Shown here: piece by piece, positions 12,276 to 23,538 of the stretch
Layout of the letters: each line of letters opens with the position of its first letter
Position numbering within the stretch: position 1 is the first letter of the stretch
Assembly (NCBI GenBank): GCA_964187785.1
Contig: OZ076415.1
Span: 5,766,001-5,830,000, forward strand
Reading direction: 5' to 3'
Source: Amphiscolops sp. MND2022
Taxonomy: Eukaryota
DNA length: 64,000 nt
Notes under the pieces: model-generated
What the model was told of the DNA's origin: nothing
Databases searched by the model: none
What the model saw: only the letters and a program-made list of their open reading frames with translations
Program-made: the position numbers and the translations under genes

Positions 12276-14504
12276 TTGATAAACTTACTTTTCATTGCAT
12301 ATACTGCATATATAGTACACATAGTTAACTCAACATCAGTTCCTAAAGTTGATACAACAAATCCAGAAAATCATATTTCAGAACAAGACCCAAATATCTT
12401 GAACCCTATGCTATCCCATTATGACTGTGCAAAACAAAACAACTTAAGACAGTTTAGCCTAATATTTGTTGAACCATGTAAACAAGCACCCTAAGATATA
12501 CAACACACAAAAACCCAAGCAACAGTATATGTTAGAGTAAAAGCAAAAAGAATCAAAGCCTTCAAATGTGAAGCATATAAAAAAACCGAAAAAGTTTGGT
12601 GTTCCCAAACACTTTCATCTAGTAAACGATATGATCGTTTATAATGGGGACAAAATACATTAGAACTTCCAAAAATACTTGACCCTATTGAATGCAAAAA
12701 AATGATATTTAAACGCGACCGATAGTAACGAATTGAACAACTATAATTAACAAAGTTCCTTCTCACTTTTTGATGATGGTGATTACCAAAATAAAATTGA
12801 ACAAGTTCAAAAACCATTTAGAGTAGAAAAATTAAATGCCTGGCATATCGGAACTTTCGTATATGATGAACATTATCAAGACTGGTTAGTTAAATTCACA
12901 CAAAATCCTTATTCGAGATGTAGAAGTGACAGAGAACATTTAATTACCCAAAAAAACTGGCAACTCAAAATAACCAATGCTGAAATAACATATGACATTA
13001 GAAACAACCAAATGATTCACGATGGATATATACTGCCATGATATCATTCAGATGGATTTTGTAAACCAACAACAAGAACCCATACACGTTGACATGGTTT
13101 GATGAAAAGTTTTGCCTCATATTTCGATTACAAGAATTCATTGGAAGAATGACAAGGATTAAAGACCGATATTGGATAGAAACTGATAACTTTATCGAAT
13201 CCTCAAACATTACACAAAACCTCCGGACCGAAGGAATACAAGGAACAAAATATCCCAATGTCAAAACACCACAATCAACTGTAGACAATCCAAGTCTTTC
13301 TTGATTTGAGATATACCCAATTGCACAAACCTTTTGTTGTGGAAAACGAGAACCATTATATTCAACACAATATGAAGACATCTCTGTTAAATACTTAGAT
13401 GGTTTGATATGAATAATGGACAACCGAGACCACACTCAATGATAGATCAAAAAATTAGTGGAAAGATACAATTTGATACTTCTAATCAGAAGTATATATT
13501 CCCCGCACTAAATGTATCAAACAACTTCGCCACTCTAGACTATGATGCTCATATCAATACAAAAATTGATTTCACAAAAAACCATGTATTCAAATCAATG
13601 ACAGTACAAGAATTAAGCACTCTCCATACAGTATGTGAATTAGAAAGAACACAATTGTTAACAATCTTAGCTATGTCAGTTAAGAATCCTCAATTAGCCG
13701 GTTTCCTTTTAACTGGAAACCGCAGCAACTTCCTTTATGTTGAAGGATCTACAGCATGGCTGTATTATTGCCCTCATTTTATATCACCTCTATACAGAGC
13801 AGAAAAATGCTTTGATTGAATTCCCATACACTATAGAGAAACTATATTGTACGTAGACCCAATAACAAGACAAACTTTTAATTATGCAACACCAATAGAA
13901 TGCGGAAATAACCCACAAAATATTATCGAATTAGACCCAGATACAGATGACGGAGATTTTTATGTGTTAACACCAGACCCGCTCAAAAGAGAAGCACCAC
14001 AAATGTTTAAACTTACTCAAATTAAAACAACAATAACACCCAATACATTTACCGCTCAAGATGACTCCCACACAGGATCAAATCCTTATAATCATTTAAG
14101 GATTGGATTTCATGACCATTTGTTAAACCTTTTACCACTTTTAAACCCTGACTGGTTTAGTCAAGCTTTCATTAATTACTTTGGATACCCATGTTATATT
14201 TTAACACAATGTGGAATTTATTTCTACCTTTCTTTTCACTAGGGAAGTTTTATTTTTTCGATTTAAATTCTACAGAACAATTAGCATAAAACATAATCTT
14301 CAAAGCAACATTTCCATTTTGAGTTCAAAAGCCCGTGGATTTTTAAATATAGTTACATCGGAAATGGTTACTGATTTAAACAATACTGAAAACGCAAACG
14401 GGTATATACTAAACACAAAGTTACCACAAGTGGAACTGATAACATCCTGTTATCCGAAAAAGGTACACACATTTTCTTTAGAAAATGAGAATATACTCCG
14501 GTAG
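12276..14504 (+). pseudogene. env: env-like membrane glycoprotein of element A, probable class III fusogen (chuvirus G / herpes gB-like), disrupted
   Basis: Hydrophobic N-terminus (INLLFIAYTAYIVHIV), HYDC, VRVKAKRIKAFKCEAY, CELERTQLLTILAM, GSTAWLYYCP, CFD.IPIHY, YVDPITR, IEC, C-terminal hydrophobic segment (FGYPCYILTQCGIYF). Located after IN. Confidence 0.75.
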
Positions 14505-14659
14505 TGACTCCCCTTATATACCTCCTAAACATACAAGCAAGAATTCAACCCTTCAATCACCAATAAATACAAAATGTAATAACTCTACCGGAGAGCCTCG
14601 CTAAAGTCTTTATAAAAGTTAACTCCTCCTAACTGAAAAAAGTGATAACCAAATAACCT

Positions 14660-17480
14660 TAGTTCATACTAATGAGCATGATTTTGAGAGTTTATGGGTT
14701 GAGTGTAATATCAACAATGATGTATCCAATAAGAAGAAACAACTGATAAATGTGAGTTATAACCCCAACAAAGCTCTTCTCAATAGTTTTCTAGAAGAAT
14801 TATCAACAAGCATAGATTATGCGGTAACTGAAATAAAAACCCATAACATTAATGGGAGACTACAACTTGGATTATCTCAATAAAAAAGAAAAACAAAGTT
14901 TAGACACAATTATGATACCTTATGGATTGAAAATCAGAAATGAAATTATACCTACAAGAATATCAGGTAATTGCAAATCTCTTCTCGACTATATCATTAC
15001 AGATCTACCGGAATATAAACGAACCTGTATATCTGATACACCTCTCAGAACAATCAAGGGAAAAATGAGCGATCATTATGCGACATCAATCATTACGGAA
15101 ATTAAAATGCATAAACCTCCAAAAGTTACACTCAAAGAAATTTTCGATAAAACAGACTACAGAGTCGAAGAACTACGAAAATTGATCAGTAACAGCAACT
15201 GGTGTTTGTTTTACAATCAAACCTGTGCAGAAGGGATGTATACAGTTTTCACAAATATTATAGAAAAAGCATTGCGGCGATGTGCACCCAAGAAAACAGT
15301 TTTTATTAGAAATGATAAAAACAAGCTAACAATAGAACAAAAATGGATAAAGGAGAAAACAAAAAACATGTACCAGAAAATTAACTCTAACATGGAACCA
15401 CAGTCGTTAACTTACCAGCAAATTCAAAATAACCTAAAAGAAAATATTAACTCTAATCGTTCAGATTTTCAAATTGAATTTTTCAATAATCTGAAATCTG
15501 AACGTGACAGATGGAACTTCATCAACGAGACCAGGAACAGTAAACGAATGAAAACAGAAATATTCAGTCTGAAAAACAGCTTCGGCGACATAGTCACCGA
15601 CCAAAAACGAATTGCAAACTTACTGAACTACCGTTTCTCAAAATTAGGAGAGTATTTCGGACAAGCCAGACAATATATGAATACTACCTCGGAAGAAATA
15701 CAAAACTATAATAGAAAATTCAGCCTTCAGCCCATAAGCATATTTGAATGCAAGAAACATTTGAAACGTTTAAATAAGAACAAACCGTTAGGCCCATCTG
15801 ACATCCCAGCTTGGGCGCTGAAAGATTGTTTAAATTTTCTAGCTGAACCGCTTTGCTTCATGATAAATGCCTTTATTGAAGAAGGTAAATTTCCACAGCA
15901 CCTAAAACAAGCCCATGTAATACCGATCTTTAAAAAGGGTGATAATGAAGATCCTGATAATTACAGACCAATATCAATCACATCTTCTCTAGCAAAAGTT
16001 TTCGAACAAATCCTAAGAGAACAAATGAACGAATACCTTGAGAGGAACAATTTACTCGGCCCATTGCAATTTGGATTCCGATCAAAATATTCAACAACGG
16101 ATGCTTTACTATACGCTACGGAAAATATAAGAAAGGATCTAGATGACAATCGAAGCACAGCAGCCGCTTTCTTAGACCTATCTAAAGCATTCAATTCGAT
16201 GTCTCATGAAATCCTTTTAGAAAAATTGCATCATCTCAATTTCGATGAAAAGTCGATCAAAATGATAAAGAGTTTTTTAACTGAAAGTTGTCAAATGGTT
16301 AAATTATCCACATGTAACTCAGATTGGATTCAACTATACCAAGGTGGTCCACAAGGGACAGTTCTCGGACCACTTCTTTTCAACATCTATGTTAATGACA
16401 TGCAACAATCTGTCATGGAAAATTGTAAATTAATCCAATATGCTGATGATACTATGATCTTTAGTTCACATAACGATCTAACGGAAGCTCGTAATAATTT
16501 ACAACAAACAATAGAAAGCCTTGTCAATGTCTTCGAGAGTCACCAGTTAACAATCAATGCAGACAAAACGGAGTTTATCTGTTTTTGTAAACCATCTAAA
16601 AACGATTTTGCCAGAAATCATACATTGAAGGTTAAAAATCAAATTATCACTACATCAACAACTGTGAAATACTTAGGCGTCTATCTGGACCAGAATTTGA
16701 AATTCCAAGATGAAGTGAAAAACATCCTCCGGAAAATGGCTACCGGCATCAAAACACTTTATGCGATACGTGATACTTTTCCAATTGCGACACGTTTATT
16801 ATTACTCAATGCCTTAGTTCTTAGTCACCTACATTATTCTGCTATCTTACTAACTGGCATCACTGAAAACTTGATTACAACTCTCGAAAAACAACTGAAT
16901 TGGGGAATCAAAGCCTGTTTCGATAGATCTAAGTTTGACCATTCAACAAATCTCAAAATACGACATAAAATCCTCCCTGTCCGATATGTTTTAGATTAAA
17001 AATGCCTTTCATACCTTTGGAAATATAAAAATAACTTGATTCCAGCTTTTAATAACAAGCTACAGTTACCGACTGCAAAAATAATGGTACATAAAAGAAC
17101 ACAAACTGAATACTCAGATATGACAATAAGATCTGAATTTCTACGCAACTGTTTCTTTAAAAGAACTTTACCCTTGTGGAACACACTACCGAGAAATATG
17201 ATAAAGGAGAAAATCTCATATGAAACCATGAAAAAAAGAATCAAATCTTTTCTTTTCAAAAGATACGAAAATGATATAGACCGACCACAATATGGAATAA
17301 AATGTTGGAGTTTTTACCGCTTTACATAATTTGTCCCCATAATCACCCCCTTTTACATACCTTCAATTACGCTTTTTAACACTTATATAGTATTTATACA
17401 CTGCCTCTTGAAATGGAATGGCATTTTTAATACTATTTCAAGCTGGAAATACAGTGTTTTTTTTTTAAATAAAACAGACT
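14660..17480 (+). mobile_element. 5'-truncated CR1/L2-group LINE (APE endonuclease + RT) nested in element A, nearly intact
   Basis: GDYNLD, LLDYII, SDH (endonuclease); KPLGPSDIP, QFGFR, FLDLSKAF, PQGTVLGPLLF, YADD (RT). 715-aa ORF 14852-16999 continues in frame to 17329 past one stop; ends near a T-run and AAATAAA. Boundaries approximate. Confidence 0.9.
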
Positions 17481-17880
17481 AAGCTCAAAATTCAAAAAAT
17501 TGACAACAAAAAATTCCACTATTCAACTTTCATTCTACCCAAAAAATTCTCAATTGGACAGTTGCCTATCTCAACTCAACCTGAAACAACTTCACTTGGA
17601 ACTTCATACTCCATTTGGAAAAATTCTTCGCGAATAACAAATTACAGAAGTCTCTATTCCTGGAATAGATGTCACTGTGATTGTTGATGTTTTGATCCAC
17701 AATACCCAACAGTATTCCAATATTGTAAGTACAATTTAAACTTCTACTTTCTAAAAAACCTAAAACGAAAAGAACAAAAATTACATAAAAAACTAACTCC
17801 CTCATTAGTTTAAACTTAATCTTATCATTTGCTAAAAACAATTACTATTTTAGCACTCCAAAATCACGCAAGTTAAAATA

Positions 17881-20254
17881 TTGGATTCCCTGCCTGAAAT
17901 TGATGTAGTTAACTCTAACCCTTCCAAATTGCTTGCATCCCCTTTGAATATAACTATACAAAATGTTAACGAAGATAATAATTCATCTTCACATTCACAA
18001 AATCAAGAACCCATGGAAACTATTCCAGTAGAACAAATTGACTATATAAACGCAAACTCTCAAAATAGAAAATATCCAGATATAACAGCTGATGAACCTT
18101 TTATGGAATCTGGCGCTTGTCCTCCTTTCATAAAACCATCAAAACAAGATGAAGATCGGGATTGTGATCTAATTCCCATCTTATTATCAAGACAATTCAC
18201 ATTTCAATCCCATCTAACCTCTTTGTATATGATTCCAACGAAATACAAATTTATCGTCAGAGAGTTCAAAAAGGATTATCATACCTCAATCGCTTCAAAA
18301 TAAATCACCCCATATGACTGGTGGTTAAACAATAAGTGAAAAATTTCTCACTTCAATACAATTTCCTACGACCAACTCCATATGATCTTAGAACCGAAGA
18401 GAACGACGCTAATTTCTTTCCATACCAAATAAAGAACGCCCATCATGTTACATACCAAAATTTCCTCCAATACAAAGAACCTGAAAACTATCTCTTCTTC
18501 AATTTGAAATATACTTCACGTTCCACTTTCAACTCAGACTATCTAATAGACAATACCATAATAAAAGAAAACTCAAAAATTTTGACCCATTAAAACAAAG
18601 CTTTCTCTTCTTCAAATGACAACCCAAAAAGACCAATCATAGTACCACAAGAATACATCATTTTGAATGATGAATATCCAAGAAAACAAAAAGATAAATC
18701 AAGAATCTCCAAAGAAACCAACAATTAATATTCCTCAACCAGAAAGTTTTCCTCCCATTGAAGAAATACAAAAATATGAACAATTAATGGTAATTTTAAA
18801 ACCGTATCATAACCATAAAAAAGATATACTCATTACTATTGCTGATATTGTAAGCACCCTTGAACAAACTCGAGACCTAATGCAAAATTTTGCATTTGAT
18901 ACGACAACAGATAGCCAAACAGCTTCGTTCAAACGCACATCCTTAGATGAAATCAACTACACATTTGAAAAACTCCAACAATCTTAACTGGTAATTATAG
19001 AATGAAAGCTTCAAAAATTTTAACACCTAACTCCCAATCCTTTGATAACCTGTCAGGATTAGTTGAACTTACCTACTTATGTTTACTATGCATGATTATA
19101 GTTTATACTAATCATTAGAACACACTTGTATAATAATATAATATAAAATTTCATTATGGACATAAAAATTTTCAACAAAAGTCCTCAAATTTTTCAACTT
19201 ATAACAAACTGAATTCAACAAATGAGACCTTAAATGAAAGATATTTAAATAGTCTTCAAAAGACATCTAAAATACGCCATCTTAATTCTTAAAATAAAAA
19301 AGACACAACACAATAAATTACATCAGAAAAATGTCAACAATAAACATCTGTTTTAAAACGAAATTTAACTGTGAACAAACTAATCTATTTTAGATGACAA
19401 TCATTATACTTCTCTCTTCTTCATCCTCTTTCATTCTTCTTCAACTCGCCGATCCAATGTCTCTTCACAACGACGAATCTTCAAAGAATATTCATTTCAA
19501 TTCTTCTATCTCCACCACAATGACTTCTTCGTATTATATAGCAAACTTCCCAATTGCTTCCACTCGACTCCGATCTCTCATCCTAAAGAAACATTTATCA
19601 ACACTATATACCCAGCTTACAGAAGAGAAAAAGGCAGACCCACATCTGACACGAATGATCCTCCTTAATATGTTTCAAATATTCCAGATCCATAAAATAA
19701 ATTTTGCGCAATATCCTAATTTACACAACCACCCTGATACCTTTATTCAGAAATGCGACGCTCTGACCCAGACGGATTATACCACCATTCGACAAAAACC
19801 CTGTCTTAAAAATCTATCCAATAGAATGCGTACCCCACTAGAAAAGAAAAATCATATATCCTACTGGCCATCGGATGAAAATGATTCCACCGATGATGAA
19901 CTTCAAAAGGACCCTCCTGAAGCAATTCTCAACCAAAATTCTCCATAAAAAACCTATACTTACATCGAATTTTGAAGCCATCATTCACCAACAGAGCCCA
20001 ATTGCTACAGCACACCATCAGCTGTCTGGACCCATCACCCATCAACACCATCTGAAAAGATTGCCGTTGACGACCCCACACTCTTCGAGGAGACTACCCT
20101 AGACGATTCCACATCCTTCCAAGCTGATCCCACCATCGATCCAATGATTCCAACAATCATCCAAGAAGATCCAACAAGATGATAATATGAACAGCGACAA
20201 ATAAATGGAAGCACGACAAAAAACATTCTACTTGATAAAAACTCAAAACTTTGA
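17881..20254 (+). pseudogene. Accessory ORF remnants between env and the 3' LTR of element A, unknown function
   Basis: Series of same-strand ORFs (17881-18303, 18336-18593, 18667-18987, 19394-19948, 19875-20102) inside the LTR boundaries; no motif recognised. Confidence 0.45.
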
Positions 20255-20379
20255 AAATCCACTAATGATAGTTCATATTTTAATGTGTTTAGATATAATA
20301 ATTAGAATAAAATTCCCCCCATTTTTATTTGCCCTAATTTAAAATGAAATTCATCCCATACCGATATTTACTTGCACAT

Positions 20380-20969
20380 TTTTATAGAATATTTCTTTAT
20401 TATTTTTCGGTGCTATTCTATCCCATAAAATAAAAGGAATTCAATCGTATGTTAACAAAAATCTTTTCAAAATTTCAACAAATCCAGCTCAAAATTATTC
20501 AAACACAATGTTCAATTTCAATTCGAATAATGAGAAGCTCACTTTCTTAAAGTTTTCAACATTTCTTACATAACAAACCCGCCCCGCCAAAGTTGACAAC
20601 AACCTGAAATCTTTTCAGACAGTTTTCATACTTTATGCATTTTTTTTTCAATTCACATTGACTCTTTGACCTTTAACTCATATGATGTTTGCTCACGATT
20701 TGTCAAATGCGAAGCTGATTCAGTAGCTTCAAGAGAGGCATAGAACCGAGCCGCTACCAATTCAAAAAGTAGGCCCGAAAGCATAGTGAAACAGGCCACT
20801 TTGATGCCTTTGAATTATAGTCGCACTTATGAGGTCTAATGAATTTGTCAAATTTTTTGATAGACAACTCGAGGTCTACCATTGAGTCGAACTTTCGCCA
20901 ACCTAAAAGAGACTTATGCCAATCATCCACCAAATGAAAAATTTGAACTAGCTGAAACGCTAAAATCAT
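20380..20969 (-). pseudogene. Degenerate antisense ORF starting ~80 bp inside the 3' LTR junction of element A
   Basis: ORF 20969-20754 plus a continuing protein-like frame (GIKVACFTMLSGLLFELVAARFYASLE...KLSEKISGCCQLWRGGF...) broken by several TGA/TAA. Confidence 0.35.
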
Positions 20970-21047
20970 TTAAACAAAAATCTTACTTTGTTTTATTTTT
21001 CTTATATAATGTAAAAACTTTTTGATTTATTTAATAATCGGGATGGA

Positions 21048-21325
21048 TGTACTGACCTACATTATTACCCAATAGTATTTCGATGTTTCTATAATATTCT
21101 AGAATGTACAATTATTTATATTGAATGATTGTAAAACTCTACTCCCTCAGAGAGAGAAAACTAATAATCAGTATTTAGTCGACTTCCTTTTTGAGCCACC
21201 TTTCAGACATCCAAGCTTTAATAGAGTCAGCTAGCTAGCATCGTTCTAATAACTTAGTTCTATAACATCTAGAATAAAGGTAACCGCCACCATTGTAAAA
21301 ACATAAGACTCTTTAAAGCAGCACA
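21048..21325 (+). repeat. 3' LTR of element A (278 bp)
   Basis: Direct repeat of 1238-1513, preceded by GGGATGGA (short PPT-like) and followed by TSD GAAC. Confidence 0.95.
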
Positions 21326-22310
21326 GAACCCACCAAAAACAGCAATGACGTACGATAGGATCAACAGGTATGCGACTTTTTTCTTCGAATTTCCTGAGCT
21401 ACAATGCAGATCCTTTGGACTTTAAAGAATGTCACATTAGGAGAAACATGTCACGGTTATCAAAAGCTGTCAATCCTCTCAAATGGAACCCAATCTATTT
21501 ATAAGAATCTTTGCCGCCGGCGCATTTAAAAGACAATTAAGCAAAAAGCTGATGCCTTGGGTATCATTACAACACCCCAAACTGCAATGTGGAAGTCGTT
21601 CCGAAACAAAAAAGAAACTCCGTATCAATCAGTCGTGGTAGAAAGCTTGACAGCAATTGAAGTGAAGATGTGAAAAATCAGGCAATGAAAAACTGAAACG
21701 CTGGCTGAGCAAACCCATCATTTTCTAATTCTACTCCTGAAAGGAAAATCTTGCATGCGGGTGCTGTCTTCAAAAATGCATTGAAACGAATACGAAGGTC
21801 CCGTGATGCAGAAGAAAAGGCTACACTGAAAGCACTCTGCCTCACCAGCAATTCAGAATCAATTGATCAAATATTAGATTGCGATCAAGCTAATTTGAAA
21901 AAAGCACAGTAGCAAGCTAACGTGAAGGCTCTAAGAAGAAGGTATTCACATTAAAATTCGACAACAATTTGGTGGGAAGCCGTGACTCTTTACTTTCGTT
22001 ATGTCATCTAACAAACTCCAACCTTTGGTACCGTTGGAATAAAAACTTAAGACTATGTTAGGTATGAATATCCAATCTCTGAAGTATTAAAATACGAACT
22101 TTGAAGAAAACTCGATATTTTAGCGCTTACCGATACAAGGTTAAGTAACAAAGACTTCTTAAGTGAATATGATATGGTAGATTTATATTATAAAATCGAA
22201 AGCGGAAGAAAACTTAAAAGACGATCAGGCGGCGTCGCTTGCTTTGTTGAAGGTATAGAATATTATCCCGTTCCTTTTGACAAAGATAACGAGTGCATGT
22301 TACTTAGCCC
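21326..22310 (+). mobile_element. Right part of the old LINE: ORF1 remnant + N-terminus of APE endonuclease
   Basis: DFKECH (ORF1-type motif), then NIQSL, DILALTDTRL, RRSGGVACFV (APE endonuclease N-terminal motifs). Confidence 0.65.
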
Positions 22311-22877
22311 AAGTATCTCCGAGAGAATCATTCAGTCTGATTTGAAACGTGCAAAACAGTCGACTATTATAAAGCCCAAAATTGCGAAGAAAATCTTTCT
22401 GCGGAGACATCAAATTAAAATGGAAATGCAGTTCGCCTTTGACGAGATGACGACTTCTCTGGTGCGCCCAGCCTATTTCTCGTCAGAAGAGGACAAAGAA
22501 ATGGATGTGGACATTTTATCGGTGTCTGTGGAAGGGACCGGATGTCATTCGGACGACAACGATATCGAGGTAATTGCATGCTATCGGCACGTTCCCATCG
22601 CGCAAAAAAACGATTACGCCCCGCAAAATGACGACAGATCTCTCAAGTTGTGTTGACGATGGGTTGCCTGAATTCCCGTGGCACGACTTGGTGGACCTGT
22701 GGCCAGAAGAATTTCAACCAACAAAAGTTGAGACCTGACAAGAGTGGCTCAAAACATGTCTTGATATGCTCCAAACGTTTCACATAATATCACCAAATGA
22801 AATGTTGATTGAAACACTTCAGACAACAAAAAGTGATTACTTTACAGTTTTAGCGAAACTTCATACATCATTCATTG

Positions 22878-23042
22878 ATTTGAGGAATTATTGGTTTTGA
22901 AATTCAATAAACTTTTTCTTGAGACAGGAATTTAGATTGCCACTTCTTATGCAGTTGCTCATCAACTGCATAAGAAGTGGCAATCTAAACTCCTGTCTCA
23001 AGAAAAAGTTTATTGAATTTCAAAACCAATAATTCCTCAAAT
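22878..23042. repeat. Near-perfect palindrome: 80-bp arms, 5-nt loop (CTCAT), 1 mismatch
   Basis: 22878-22957 is the reverse complement of 22963-23042 except at one position. Confidence 0.95.
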
Positions 23043-23538
23043 GTTTTGTTTCCGCTTGAATAGAAATTGAAAAAAAGCAAACCTTGTTGAAGCAAATGTA
23101 GACCATTATGTAAGATCAGTCGTTGGAATAATAATGGAAGGTGTTGATAGATGAGCCACGGAGAAAGTAGTGAAAGATTTACATAATGAAAATCACTGTA
23201 TAACAAACAGGACAAAAAACACTTTACGAAGAAACGATCAACGGTTCAGCAAATGAATTAGCGATCTCGGCGTAAAAAATCATGGACAATATGGACAATA
23301 CTGAAATAAAGTTACTGAATTGTTTAAGGAGACTATGAATTAAGAAAAACTTGTCCCACGTGCAGCAACCAAGCTCACGTATAGAACACTCAGGACAAAC
23401 AAAAAACACGACCAACCATTCAAGCAGATGCCCAATAAAGAAAAGCTAAGTAAATACTTTGCGGTAATTAACATATTACCTAACTCAAAATTAACTGATG
23501 CAAGTCAGTTTTAATTGTCCTGAAGTTTTAATCGATAG

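Larger units (their letters stand above)
1238..21325 (+). mobile_element. Giant Ty3/Gypsy LTR retrotransposon A with env-like gene (inactivated; contains a nested LINE)
   Basis: TG...CA LTRs at both ends, 4-bp TSD GAAC (1234-1237, 21326-21329), PBS-like TGG after the 5' LTR, purine run before the 3' LTR, domain order gag-PR-RT-RH-IN-env. Confidence 0.95.

Noticed and set aside
14640-17500. TSD for the nested LINE
   Set aside because: No convincing flanking duplication found by eye; boundaries left approximate.
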